Source: an uncultured Ignavibacteriales bacterium (GTDB taxonomy: Bacteria; Zixibacteria; MSB-5A5; GN15; JAAZOE01). Taken from it: a stretch of 64,000 bases of DNA. The notes under the pieces were generated by a model that was not told where the DNA came from, searched no databases, and saw nothing but the letters and a program-made list of their open reading frames with translations. The stretch covers positions 48,975-112,974 of the forward strand of contig CAZJWR010000003.1 of assembly GCA_964549765.1 (NCBI GenBank). Reading direction: 5' to 3'. Both the position numbers and the translations under genes were made by a program. Below are positions 36,870-46,622 of the stretch, piece after piece. Numbering within the stretch: the stretch's first letter is position 1; every line of letters begins with the position of its first letter.

Positions 36870-38336
36870 TTAAAAATATCCGGTCATTGTCACCCGGAAT
36901 TCGCTGGCTTTCCGTTCCCAGACATATTTGGTAGTGGTGTCCAACACGTTATCCGGCTGAGATTCATCGTAGGCAACGGTATTCACGGTTTCATTCAACT
37001 TTTTTCCGGTCGTGAGCCGATAAGCGAAATCGAACCGCACTTGCGACCAGGCGATGCCGGATCCCAGGCTGAAGCTCGTTTCACTCTGCCGTCCCGACGA
37101 CGTGCGGGTTATGATCGCCTCGTCCAGCTGGAAGGGCTCGTTCGCTTGGTCGTAGCCGACATCGGTAGCAAAAATCGTGAAATCCTTGGGTTGCGGCAGT
37201 TGGTCGTACCGCAGACCGGCGCGCAGCGGAATTTGCCCGATTCCGACATCGAGCATATATTCGGCGCCGCCCCCGATTCCGAACGTGTTGTTCCAGCCGA
37301 TCGGTACCGAATTATAATAATCCGTCCGCTTGCCGCCGGCGTCGATGAAATAACCCGTCCGGTAATACCATTTCGTGGAACCGTAGTTTTGATAATTTAT
37401 ATCGAGGGTCAGGGTCAACTTTTCGGTGGGAAACAACCCGACACCGGCCGCCAGCGTTAGCGGCAAACCCTGCTTGGTCAGGTTATCCAGCGAATATACG
37501 GTATCGGACAGCTGGGAGCTCGGTAGCCCGTCCAGGGTCGTTTCCAACAGGCTGGCGGCGTCATCCGAATGCTTCATCGTGAAGGGCGTATGCACGACCG
37601 CTCCGAGGCTGTATTTGTCCCCTTTGAGCATCAAGCCCGTCGTAAAATTGAAGCCCGTGGAGGTAACGGAATCGATCCCCCGGACCGTCATGACCTGTTC
37701 CTGGGTTGTCCCGAAGAGCGGGTCGACGATGACATTCACGGCATAGATACTTCTGGTTTCCACGGCTCGGCGACCGTCGAAAATATTGATAAGTACACCC
37801 ATCGACAATTGCCTGTAGATTCGCGTGCTGCCGCCGAAATTGTACATCTGGACATGCCCAACGTCATTCTGATAGTACGTGAGAGAGCCGACGTCGACGG
37901 TCCCGTCATACGAGGCCTCTTCGGTGTATTCATTGGTCCGGTCGATATTGAAGTTGAAAACGAATGGATGTCCCTTGATACGCACCGGCGCCACGAAAGA
38001 GAAATGCCCGAGGCCGTTCATATCCAGGTTATTGTCGGTGATGCCCGGAGTATGGTTCTGGGTGAATGAGCCTCCCGGCACATAAACGTTATATGACCCG
38101 GCCACGATCGGGCTCTCCAGTGTCCATAATCCGGCGGGATTCCAGATGCCGCTGGAAGCGTCATTGGCCAGCCCGACGAAGGCATACCCCATGGCCATGG
38201 CCCGGGCGCTGCCGCCAAAATACGAATAGTTGTTTAGTCCGAGCGAAGCGTAAAAACCGCCCACGTCGGAAACCTGAGCGCTCAACGGCGAACATAGAAT
38301 CAGTAGAACTGTTAACAAACCTGCCAGCGCTTTCAT
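36870..38336 (-). CDS. large outer-membrane beta-barrel protein with a PorV/FadL-like N-terminal motif
   Basis: Signal peptide ending SAQ. GGSARAMAMGYAFVGLANDASSGIWNPAGL is paralogous to the motif in 31059..31985. Beta-strand periodicity and a C-terminal Phe. Confidence 0.65.
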   Translation of the reverse strand: MKALAGLLTVLLILCSPLSAQVSDVGGFYASLGLNNYSYFGGSARAMAMGYAFVGLANDASSGIWNPAGLWTLESPIVAGSYNVYVPGGSFTQNHTPGITDNNLDMNGLGHFSFVAPVRIKGHPFVFNFNIDRTNEYTEEASYDGTVDVGSLTYYQNDVGHVQMYNFGGSTRIYRQLSMGVLINIFDGRRAVETRSIYAVNVIVDPLFGTTQEQVMTVRGIDSVTSTGFNFTTGLMLKGDKYSLGAVVHTPFTMKHSDDAASLLETTLDGLPSSQLSDTVYSLDNLTKQGLPLTLAAGVGLFPTEKLTLTLDINYQNYGSTKWYYRTGYFIDAGGKRTDYYNSVPIGWNNTFGIGGGAEYMLDVGIGQIPLRAGLRYDQLPQPKDFTIFATDVGYDQANEPFQLDEAIITRTSSGRQSETSFSLGSGIAWSQVRFDFAYRLTTGKKLNETVNTVAYDESQPDNVLDTTTKYVWERKASEFRVTMTGYF

Positions 38337-38402
38337 AAAGGAATATCCTCCCGTCTATGACATACTATAGCCGTTTTTCATTTTTTCCACCAACAAAGCG
38401 AA

Positions 38403-38431
38403 AATATAACAGCTTCATTATCCCGTGTCAA
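38403..38431 (-). promoter_or_regulatory. sigma-70-like promoter TTGACA-17nt-TATATT for 36870..38336
   Basis: Read on the minus strand: TTGACA (38431-38426), 17-nt spacer, TATATT (38408-38403). About 60 nt upstream of the ATG. Confidence 0.6.
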
Positions 38432-38756
38432 ACCCTTTTCGCAGACTTTAGCAATCTGTTTTTTCTGCCCTTTCCTCCCGGAACAGCCAGAGTCTACCTG
38501 CTTCCTGAAATAGAGACGTTCCAACGACCCGATTTGTTAAATGCCCAAAGATACCGTCCGGGATTAATCGCCGCCGTCGAGGCGCCCCGGCCGCGCAAAA
38601 CGGCTGGATTTGCCTTTGCCGGGAAAGGGAGTCGGGATTATATTGGCCCGAATCTTAACGAAACCGGAACGAGGCGCGCCCGTATATTTCAGGCAATATC
38701 GCCGTGGGATCGCCGGATACCGGCAAGCCGCAGGGTGATTGGACGAAGGGAGTGTG

Positions 38757-41075
38757 ATGAATCTCAGAAAATGCTATCGACTGTTATATCCGATATTCTT
38801 CATCAATTCTTTATTCCTGATGTTCTCCGTACCGTCGGTCGCCGAAGACGGATTTCGCCCCGTGTATAATCCGTCGCTCAATGTCCCCGCCGTCACCGGC
38901 GAGATCGAAATCGACGGGAATCTCGATGATTCCGGCTGGCGCGGCGCGGCGCGGGCCGATCATTTTGCCGAGCATTATCCCGGCGATCAGACAAAACCGC
39001 CGGTTGAGACAGTAGCCCTGATCACCTATGATCATGACCGGCTGTACGTGGCATTCTTCTGCTATGACGACCCGGAGCTGGTGCGGGCTTCGATGTGCGA
39101 CCGTGATGCGCTTTACGCTGATGACAACGTGGGCTTCTTTTTCGATACCTACGGCGAGGCGGCGTGGGCATATGAGCTTAACGTAAATCCTTACGGCGTC
39201 CAGGCGGATGCCCTTTATTCGGTCAACGGCGGAGAGGACGACAGTTATGATCTGGTCTGGAAATCGGCCGGGCAGATCACCGATTCGGGCTGGCAGGTGG
39301 AAATCGCCATTCCGTTTTCGAGCCTGCGTTTTCCCGACCGGGAAGTCCAAACATGGAAGGCAGATTTCTGGCGCAATCACCCCAGGGAAAGCCACGCCGA
39401 ATATTCATGGGCGGCGTATGACCGTAACGAACCATGTTGGCCGTGCCAATGGGGCACGCTGACCGGAATTGCCCACGTCTCCCCCGGCACCGGGCTTGAA
39501 TTGCTGCCATCGGTGATCAGCTATCAGTCGGGGTTTCTGGATCACCGGCTGATTATCGATACTATCGCCCACGACACGTCCGTCAGCCGCAAATTCGACA
39601 ATGAAAAAATCAAGGGTGAGCTTTCGCTGAACGGGAAGTATGTCATTTCGTCAAATATGACCGCCGAGGCGACCTACAATCCCGATTTCAGCCAGGTGGA
39701 ATCGGACGCGGCCCAGATCGATGTCAACACCGCCTTCGCCCTCGACTATCCCGAACGGCGGCCGTTTTTTCAAGAAGGCAGCGATCTATTTCGGACGTAT
39801 ATTTACGGTTTTTATTCCCGCAATATCAACGACCCGCAATTCGCGACGAAATTTACCGGCCGATTCAACCGCACCAGTGTGGTGTATCTGGCCGCCTATG
39901 ATGAACATTCCCCGGTGGTCATGCCGTTCGACGAATTTAGCGTCACCGTCCCCGATATCGGCAAAACCTATTCCAATATCGTACGTTTCCGCCGGGTGTT
40001 CGGCGAGGAATCGCATGTCGGCATCCTGGCCACAGACCGGCGGCGCGACGGCGGCGGGGCGGGGACCCTGCTGAGTATGGACGGCGGCATTCGTCTGTTT
40101 CAGAATTACCGGTTTCAATTCCAGATCATCGGAAGCCGTACGCAGGAGCCGGACGACAGCATGATTACGTTTTCTATCGACAGCCTGATGCACCGGGAGC
40201 AGTTTGATTACGGCAAGCATACCATCGGATTCAACGGTGAGTCATTCTGGGGGCACGGCGCCTACGCCGGGTTCGAGCGCAATGCCCGCCATTTGAGTTT
40301 CAGCCTGGGGTACAAAGACTTTTCACCGTCATTCCGCACCGATATGGGACTGGAAACCAAGAACGACATGCGCGAATTCGACTTCTTCAGCCAATACATG
40401 TTTTATCCGAAAAACGGGATTTTTGAGCGCGTCGCGCCGCAGCTTATACTCGGACGGGTGTGGAATTACCAAAAGCACAAACGGGACGAATGGGTGATCG
40501 CCGAGCTTTACGCGCAGCTCAAGGCGCAGACCGAGGTTTCGGTGGCGTACCTGCGTAGCTGGGAACGCTACCGGCAAAAGAATTTCCCCGACATCACGCG
40601 CTATACGATCGGGCTCGACAGCGATTTCAGCGAGTTTCTCGGAGCCGGATGCGAGGTCGTCTGGGGGCATATCATCGCCCGGGGACCGGCGGTGATGGGG
40701 AATGAGGTTTTCGTCGAATCATGGGCATCGATCAAGCCGATGGACCGCCTGCGGATCGAGCCGGCGTTCGATTATGACAAAAGCCGGGACCGCGCCACCG
40801 GCGAACTGCTGTTCGAAGGATTTATCGCCCGCGTGCGCACCCATTATCAATTCACGCGCGAATTGTTCATGCGACTGGTGGTTCAGTATAATGATTTTTC
40901 GGAGCAATGGAATATCGATCCCTTGCTGACCTATCGTCTCAATCCGTTCTCGTTGTTCTACGTCGGGTCGACCCATGAATATGATAATCTGTATTCGTAT
41001 ACCGACCGCGAGGAGCGGTGGCGGCTGTCGCGGCGGCAGTTTTTCGTAAAACTCCAATACCTGTTCCAAATATAG
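38757..41075 (+). CDS. DUF5916 / carbohydrate-binding family 9-like domain protein (secreted or outer membrane)
   Basis: Signal peptide. N-terminal CBM9-like block (IDGNLDDSGWRGAA...YDHDRLYVAFFCYD...DDNVGFFFDTYGE...YELNVNPYGVQAD). Long beta-rich C-terminus ending in an aromatic-rich strand. Start at the ATG at 38757 with a GAAGGGAG RBS. Confidence 0.7.
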   Translation: MNLRKCYRLLYPIFFINSLFLMFSVPSVAEDGFRPVYNPSLNVPAVTGEIEIDGNLDDSGWRGAARADHFAEHYPGDQTKPPVETVALITYDHDRLYVAFFCYDDPELVRASMCDRDALYADDNVGFFFDTYGEAAWAYELNVNPYGVQADALYSVNGGEDDSYDLVWKSAGQITDSGWQVEIAIPFSSLRFPDREVQTWKADFWRNHPRESHAEYSWAAYDRNEPCWPCQWGTLTGIAHVSPGTGLELLPSVISYQSGFLDHRLIIDTIAHDTSVSRKFDNEKIKGELSLNGKYVISSNMTAEATYNPDFSQVESDAAQIDVNTAFALDYPERRPFFQEGSDLFRTYIYGFYSRNINDPQFATKFTGRFNRTSVVYLAAYDEHSPVVMPFDEFSVTVPDIGKTYSNIVRFRRVFGEESHVGILATDRRRDGGGAGTLLSMDGGIRLFQNYRFQFQIIGSRTQEPDDSMITFSIDSLMHREQFDYGKHTIGFNGESFWGHGAYAGFERNARHLSFSLGYKDFSPSFRTDMGLETKNDMREFDFFSQYMFYPKNGIFERVAPQLILGRVWNYQKHKRDEWVIAELYAQLKAQTEVSVAYLRSWERYRQKNFPDITRYTIGLDSDFSEFLGAGCEVVWGHIIARGPAVMGNEVFVESWASIKPMDRLRIEPAFDYDKSRDRATGELLFEGFIARVRTHYQFTRELFMRLVVQYNDFSEQWNIDPLLTYRLNPFSLFYVGSTHEYDNLYSYTDREERWRLSRRQFFVKLQYLFQI

Positions 41076-41199
41076 GCGGCGATATCCCGCCACGCGGCTC
41101 TCCCCCTGCTAAAATGTTGTTGCCCGCCGAAATATCGCCTATCTTGCGTACAACATTCAACCGCCCGGAGGGTCCGGCGCGAAATATCCGGAGGATCGC

Positions 41200-41922
41200 A
41201 TGGCCCAACATGCTGTCGAAACGTTTACCTGTCCCATCTGTCATTTGAAAAAACCGGAGATTGAAGGGCGCCCGGCGGAATTGGTTCACGGCCCGGTCGG
41301 CGAATTGATCCGCAAAGAACACCCCGATTGGGCTCCGGGGCATACCATCTGCCTGTCGTGCCTCAATCGGTTCAGGACGGAATATGTCGAGGACGTCCTC
41401 GAACTTCAGCGCGGCGACCTGACCTCGCTCGAAAAAACCGTGATCGATACGCTCAAGGAGCAGGAGCTGATTTCGCGCAACGTCGAGGCCGAATTCGACC
41501 GCAAGTTGACGGTCGGCGAACGGCTCGCGGATCATGTCGCCGATTTCGGCGGCAGCTGGAGATTTATAATAATATTCGGCTGTATTCTTTTCGCATGGAT
41601 TATACTCAATTCCATATTCCTGCTTCGAAGGCCCTTCGATCCGTATCCGTATATCCTGCTCAACCTGGTATTGTCTTGCCTGGCGGCCATGCAGGCCCCA
41701 ATCATCATGATGAGCCAGAACCGTCAGGAGGACAAGGACCGGCTCCGCTCCCAGCACGATTATCAGGTCAATCTGAAGGCGGAAATCGAAATCCGTCAAT
41801 TGCACATCAAGATGGATCAGTTGATAAACAACTCCTGGCAGCGCCTGCTCGAAATTCAGCAGATCCAAACCGAACTTTTGCAGGATATGGTCGGGTTGCG
41901 GGGGAAAAAGGATACCGAATGA
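41200..41922 (+). CDS. DUF1003 membrane protein with an N-terminal zinc-ribbon
   Basis: CPICH...CLSCL zinc ribbon, then the DUF1003 core (FGGSWRFIIIF...FDPYPYILLNLVLSCLAAMQAPIIMMSQNRQ). Confidence 0.75.
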   Translation: MAQHAVETFTCPICHLKKPEIEGRPAELVHGPVGELIRKEHPDWAPGHTICLSCLNRFRTEYVEDVLELQRGDLTSLEKTVIDTLKEQELISRNVEAEFDRKLTVGERLADHVADFGGSWRFIIIFGCILFAWIILNSIFLLRRPFDPYPYILLNLVLSCLAAMQAPIIMMSQNRQEDKDRLRSQHDYQVNLKAEIEIRQLHIKMDQLINNSWQRLLEIQQIQTELLQDMVGLRGKKDTE

Positions 41923-41978
41923 ACCTGCCAAAAAAACGTCACTGTATGCGGCATGGATGAAACGGGTATAGCAACTTC

Positions 41979-42545
41979 ATGCCGCTGGAACTTATAATAC
42001 AAAAATACGGCTATCTCGCGCTGTTTATCGGGACGTTCCTGGAGGGGGAAACCATACTTATCCTTGCCGGCTTCGCGGCGCACCGGGGATATCTCGATTT
42101 CGACCTCGTATGGCTGATCGCCTTTTTCGGCGGGGTGATCGGCGACCAGGTCTATTTTTTCATCGGGCGATTCCGGGGACAAGCGCTTATCGCCAGATAT
42201 CCCAAGTTGCAACGCCGCGTTAATCGGATCACGCCCTATCTGGAAAAATACCAGGATTATGTGTTGATCGGCTTTCGATTCATTTACGGTTTCCGAACGG
42301 TGACGCCGTTTGCAATCGGCATTAGCCGCATCGGCGCCCGGCGTTTTTTTCTTTTCAACATGGTCAGTGGTGTCATCTGGGCGCTGATTTTCGCCGCTGC
42401 CGGATACCTGTTTGGTCATGCGGCTGAGGCGCTTTTCGGGCGGGTCGAAGAATACGAGGAGTATATCTTCGCCGGCATCATCATCGCCGGAATAATCTTC
42501 TCGCTGTATCATTTCCTCAGGAGCAAACATCCTGACGACGGTTGA
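41979..42545 (+). CDS. DedA-family membrane protein
   Basis: YGYLALFIGTFLEGETILILAG and FIYGFRTVTPFAIG are typical DedA/SNARE-associated motifs. Confidence 0.88.
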   Translation: MPLELIIQKYGYLALFIGTFLEGETILILAGFAAHRGYLDFDLVWLIAFFGGVIGDQVYFFIGRFRGQALIARYPKLQRRVNRITPYLEKYQDYVLIGFRFIYGFRTVTPFAIGISRIGARRFFLFNMVSGVIWALIFAAAGYLFGHAAEALFGRVEEYEEYIFAGIIIAGIIFSLYHFLRSKHPDDG

Positions 42546-42625
42546 AAGCAAGGCAGAATCAATGTGCACCCGGCTTCGGATCGGATCAATCGATCTACAG
42601 CCAACGGATCGGGATGCGACATTTA

Positions 42626-43165
42626 TTACTTTACAATCTTGAGTAATTCCCTGAACCGGTTTCCCTCGGCCACGCGTAACACTGCGAAGAGAGCCATCTC
42701 GACGCTGGTGATTTTGACTCCGGCATCACGCATGGCATCGAGCGCGATCCGTTTGTTTTCGGCTGATCGGGATGACACGGCGTCGGCTGCGATATAAACC
42801 GCGTGCCCGTCATCGAGAAGATCTAAAGCGGTTTGATAGACGCAGACATGCGTCTCCATCCCCGCCAGGATCACCTGCCCGCGACCGATGGCTTTGAGTT
42901 CGGACATGAAATCCGGATTGCCGCAGCAACTGAACGTACGCTTTATCAAAGGCGACTGCCCCGGAAGGGCGCTTTTGATCTTATCGATGGTCGGGCCCAG
43001 TTTATCCGGAAGCTGTTCATTCCATATGATGGGTATTTCGAGCACCCGGGCGCCTTTGATTATCCTGACCACATTCTCGTAGAATTCCTCTTTGCGGTCC
43101 ATGAGTGTCGCCAGTTTTCCCTGGATATCGACAACCACCAGGACGGCGTCTTTTGCCTTCAGCAT
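42626..43165 (-). CDS. isochorismatase-family hydrolase
   Basis: AVLVVVDIQGKL N-terminal motif, VILAGMETHVCV catalytic Cys block, and about 180 aa length. Confidence 0.85.
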   Translation of the reverse strand: MLKAKDAVLVVVDIQGKLATLMDRKEEFYENVVRIIKGARVLEIPIIWNEQLPDKLGPTIDKIKSALPGQSPLIKRTFSCCGNPDFMSELKAIGRGQVILAGMETHVCVYQTALDLLDDGHAVYIAADAVSSRSAENKRIALDAMRDAGVKITSVEMALFAVLRVAEGNRFRELLKIVK

Positions 43166-43403
43166 GGTCTTTATCCTTCGCTTGCATTCTATTCGATTAA
43201 TATATTACGTAACGCCCCAACGCGACGGTTGAAACCCGGAACGCTCCCGCCCCGAAATGGACATACAATATCAAGTGCGACAACGGCTTTCCGGTTAAGG
43301 TAACCAATTACCGGAATTTTTGTTGATTCGGGATAAGAATTATCTTAATTTACTATTGCTCGGCGTCGAAACGATATGTGAATGCTTGACTGGAGGTATT
43401 GCG

Positions 43404-44255
43404 ATGCGCAACTATGTCAGCCTTCCGGCGATTCTCGCCGTTCTCATGATGACGGCCACGGGCTGGGGATACTCGGACGGATCAAGGTTAAATCGGCGGA
43501 CCGGCGCGCCCGGGGAATCGACCTGCGCCAACTGCCATAATAATTTAAATACCGGTTCCGGGTCGGTGACAATCGACGCCCCGTCGGGTTTCGCTCCGGG
43601 CGATACGCTCGATGTGACCGTGACAATTCAAAATCAGGGACAGCAGCGTTGGGGATTCGAATTTACCGCGCTTGACGAAAGCAATCTTATAGCCGGTCAG
43701 TTGTTGGTCACGGATGCGGCGCGGACGGTCCTTTCCACAGGCGGGGGCAAGCAGTACATCAATCATACCGAGCAAGGCACAGACGCCGGCACCGCGAATG
43801 GTACAAGCTGGTCGTTCCGATGGGTGGCGCCTGCCACCCCGGTGAGTTCGGTGACATTCTATACCGCCGCTAATGCCGCCGATTATTCCGGAAATACCAA
43901 TGGCGATTCGGTCTATACGACGACGCATATGCTGCTTTCGTCGGCCGCCGACGATGTGACGTCGGGCACATTGCCCTACGCTTACCAGCTGGCCCAGAAT
44001 TACCCCAATCCTTTCAACCCGACGACGACGATCGAGTTTTCGCTGCCGAAATCATCGCGTGTGCGCTTGACCGTATTCAATATGCTGGGACAGCAGGTGC
44101 GGACTCTTGCCGATGAATATCTGACCGCCGGGCCGCATGCCGTCAACTGGGACGGCGCCGATGCAGGCGGTAACCGGGTGGCCAGCGGGATATATTATTA
44201 CCGCCTTGAGACCGACGATTACTCGCAGACCAAAGAGATGATTCTCGTAAAATAG
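43404..44255 (+). CDS. secreted protein with a CxxCH motif and a T9SS-type C-terminal sorting domain
   Basis: Signal peptide. GAPGESTCANCH (CANCH fits CxxCH). C-terminal about 80 aa (NYPNPFNPTTTIEFSLP...GIYYYRLETDD...) is a typical T9SS/FlgD-Ig-like CTD. Start at the ATG at 43404 with a TGGAGG RBS. Confidence 0.7.
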   Translation: MRNYVSLPAILAVLMMTATGWGYSDGSRLNRRTGAPGESTCANCHNNLNTGSGSVTIDAPSGFAPGDTLDVTVTIQNQGQQRWGFEFTALDESNLIAGQLLVTDAARTVLSTGGGKQYINHTEQGTDAGTANGTSWSFRWVAPATPVSSVTFYTAANAADYSGNTNGDSVYTTTHMLLSSAADDVTSGTLPYAYQLAQNYPNPFNPTTTIEFSLPKSSRVRLTVFNMLGQQVRTLADEYLTAGPHAVNWDGADAGGNRVASGIYYYRLETDDYSQTKEMILVK

Positions 44256-44324
44256 AGTCGGATATGTCGACGACGGGTGGGTCCTTACCGGGGATCGACC
44301 CGTCGGAAATTAAGGATTGTTCGA

Positions 44325-45029
44325 TTACTTCGCCATTGCCTCGCGGCGTTTATCCTCCAGGTATTTTTCTATAGCGTATCTGAGGGCCGTGCGTGGCATG
44401 TCGGCCTTGTTTTTCATCACGTAGGCGAACACCTCGTCCGGGAATTTGTTGGCGGCTTCTTTCAGCATCCAGCCGTAGCCCTTTTGCACCATGTCGTCTT
44501 TATCGGTCAGGAGAATATCCGCCGTCCGGAACACCTCTTTCAGCAGCAAGCCCTTTCTCACAGGAACGATCAGGCTGACCGCCGCCGCCCGGCGTTGCCA
44601 GCGGTTTTTTGATGTCGCCCATTTTTTCGTCCTTCGGGACAGCTCGGGAAACTGAGTAATAATGAACCCGATTGGCCGGGTGCACAGGCTGTCACAGGCG
44701 CCCCAGTCGTCGACGTACGTTTTCAACCAACGCTCGAAGCGGGCAAAATCCTTCTTGGCATACTTGCCTTTGAACCGCGAGACCCAATCGAAAGCGAAGA
44801 AGCGGAAATATCGATCCCCGGCAGCCAGCAGTTCGTCGCCGATTTTGAGGACCTCATCTTTGGATTTCTTCCTGATTTCTTTGAAGCAGCGGCTGGAAAT
44901 GTCTTTGAGAATGCCGCCTCTCAGCCCGGTCGGCTCGGCGAGTTTTTCCTTGAAGAATTGCTGGTAATTGATCCGGTTATCGGGTATGTCGTATTTCTGG
45001 ATCTCCTGTCTCAACTGATCGGTGATCAT
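44325..45029 (-). CDS. DNA alkylation repair protein (AlkD-like HEAT-repeat)
   Basis: About 230 aa helical repeat protein with a SKNRWQRRAAAVSLI block typical of this family. Confidence 0.75.
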   Translation of the reverse strand: MITDQLRQEIQKYDIPDNRINYQQFFKEKLAEPTGLRGGILKDISSRCFKEIRKKSKDEVLKIGDELLAAGDRYFRFFAFDWVSRFKGKYAKKDFARFERWLKTYVDDWGACDSLCTRPIGFIITQFPELSRRTKKWATSKNRWQRRAAAVSLIVPVRKGLLLKEVFRTADILLTDKDDMVQKGYGWMLKEAANKFPDEVFAYVMKNKADMPRTALRYAIEKYLEDKRREAMAK

Positions 45030-45105
45030 GATTCCCCCGTGTTTTAACTTCCTATGTCTCTATCTACATCCCTATCTATGTGAACCAAGAATGGATTTCT
45101 CGCGA

Positions 45106-46416
45106 TCAGGGGGTTGAATAGATGGTTACATGTATCGAATTCCCCTCATAGGCGGCGGCCTCGGCGCTTATCAGAGTCGCCGTCGCCGGGACGGTGAGAA
45201 TATCCGCCGCGCCCGCCGGTATATAGCCTGATCCGATGTCATAAATCAATACCCGCAATTCATCGCTGTAAATACTATGCTTTATGCTCATATCCGGCAC
45301 GGTCAACGTCGGTTCGCCGGGAATCGCATTCAGGTCGAAGATCAAAAAAATTGCTCCTACGTCGGCCGGTGAGTCGAGATACACATGCCCGTTATGATAT
45401 AGAACGGTCGCTGTCGTATCCGGAAGCGGCGGTGGATTCGGCAGGGCGTCTCCCTGAATGATTCGGATAAGATATTCCAAATCGGAAAGCGTTAAGGTCT
45501 GTCCGTCACCATTGACATCCGAAGCGACTGTTGAAGCATAGACGTGAGGTTCGAACACACTGATTCCGTGCAAGAAATAATCGGTATACAGCACGGCGTC
45601 GGCGATTTCATTGGGCCACCCGTTGAGGTTTAGATCGCCGCGTACATCAAGGGATTCGGCGCAGAGAAAATCGATGCTGCCATTGACAAGATCGATGCCC
45701 CGGAAGGGGACGATTTTTTCGCCGAGTAGGCAGGAGCTGTCGGAGGCTCCGACGTAGCCGGGGAATACCGCCAGGGAATCCTCGATGCGGGTTGAATCGG
45801 AATCGTAAATCCGAAGATTTATCGCCAGAGAATCGCCGCTGTATGTCGAGATGGTGTTATCGCCGCATTCGAACCAATAGAAACGGATAGGATGTTTGGT
45901 ACATTCCAGCATCCGGTCGCCGCTGACATAGAATGTTAGGGTCGCTAGGATCTGCTCGCCGCCGTCCAAAATACATTGAACGTCGGGATGTACGGCCCCA
46001 TTATTGGTTTCGGCCATCCCGACCAGCCGTATAAGACTCCTGGGACAGTCCGGGCCGCAGGTATCGACATACCAGTATCTATAAGTAAAATATTCCCAAC
46101 CGCAATCAAGAAAATACTGGCCCAGGCTGGCCTGAACGAATGTTAGGACGGTATTGTCATAGGTGATCAAGAGATCGAAGCCTCCGATGGCTGCGGAGTT
46201 GGCCGCCAATGTCATATCGACGTCGTGATAATGTCCCAGAATGACATCGATATCGTGCGCGATTTCAAGTTTCCAGACGGCGGGGACGGTATCGCCATCC
46301 TCGACGACACTGTCCGGCGAGGCGATTTTTTTATCCTCGCCGCAGCCCAGAAAAGTTGAGACGATGCCGAGACAAATAATGGCAACGGCATCAAACAGGC
46401 GGAGAAATAGCTTCAT
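45106..46416 (-). CDS. lipoprotein with a cohesin-like N-domain and dockerin-type calcium-binding repeats
   Basis: Lipobox FLGCG. Cohesin-like GGFDLLITYDNTVLTFV. Dockerin-like pair GDLNLNGWPNEIADAVLYTDYFL and DVNGDGQTLTLSDLEYLIRIIQGD. Confidence 0.6.
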   Translation of the reverse strand: MKLFLRLFDAVAIICLGIVSTFLGCGEDKKIASPDSVVEDGDTVPAVWKLEIAHDIDVILGHYHDVDMTLAANSAAIGGFDLLITYDNTVLTFVQASLGQYFLDCGWEYFTYRYWYVDTCGPDCPRSLIRLVGMAETNNGAVHPDVQCILDGGEQILATLTFYVSGDRMLECTKHPIRFYWFECGDNTISTYSGDSLAINLRIYDSDSTRIEDSLAVFPGYVGASDSSCLLGEKIVPFRGIDLVNGSIDFLCAESLDVRGDLNLNGWPNEIADAVLYTDYFLHGISVFEPHVYASTVASDVNGDGQTLTLSDLEYLIRIIQGDALPNPPPLPDTTATVLYHNGHVYLDSPADVGAIFLIFDLNAIPGEPTLTVPDMSIKHSIYSDELRVLIYDIGSGYIPAGAADILTVPATATLISAEAAAYEGNSIHVTIYSTP

Positions 46417-46593
46417 TTATGACCGCTTTTCAAAAGCGAAGATTTCTATAGATGATAATTCCGACCATAATATAGGCAAAATTTCCGATAAAACAACCCG
46501 AATATGGGCCAAAATCAGCCGCCGTCGAGGCCAGCCCGGGGCCGGTGAAAACAGCCGATTCAAAAAAATGTCAAAATCTTCGCTAAATATGTG

Positions 46594-46622
46594 TTGCTTT
46601 TATCCTATTTTGCCGTATATAG
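46594..46622 (+). promoter_or_regulatory. sigma-70-like promoter TTGCTT-16/17nt-TATATA upstream of the RRM gene
   Basis: TTGCTT at 46594-46599 and a TATATA/ATATAG -10 at 46616-46622. Implies a 5' leader of about 175 nt. Confidence 0.45.

Noticed and set aside
38605-38620. Possible plus-strand sigma-54 element CTGGATTTGCCTTTGCC upstream of the DUF5916 gene.
   Set aside because: GG-N10-GC spacing is correct, but the -24 element is TGGAT (it lacks the CA of GGCAC) and it lies about 135 nt from the ATG. It is too weak to call without a PWM score.
44271-44305. Hairpin CGACGGGT...ACCCGTCG between the convergent T9SS-cargo and alkD-like genes, considered as a bidirectional terminator.
   Set aside because: The stem is convincing, but neither side has a U-tract, so it is not reported as a terminator feature. 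It may still act as an RNA 3'-end stabiliser.
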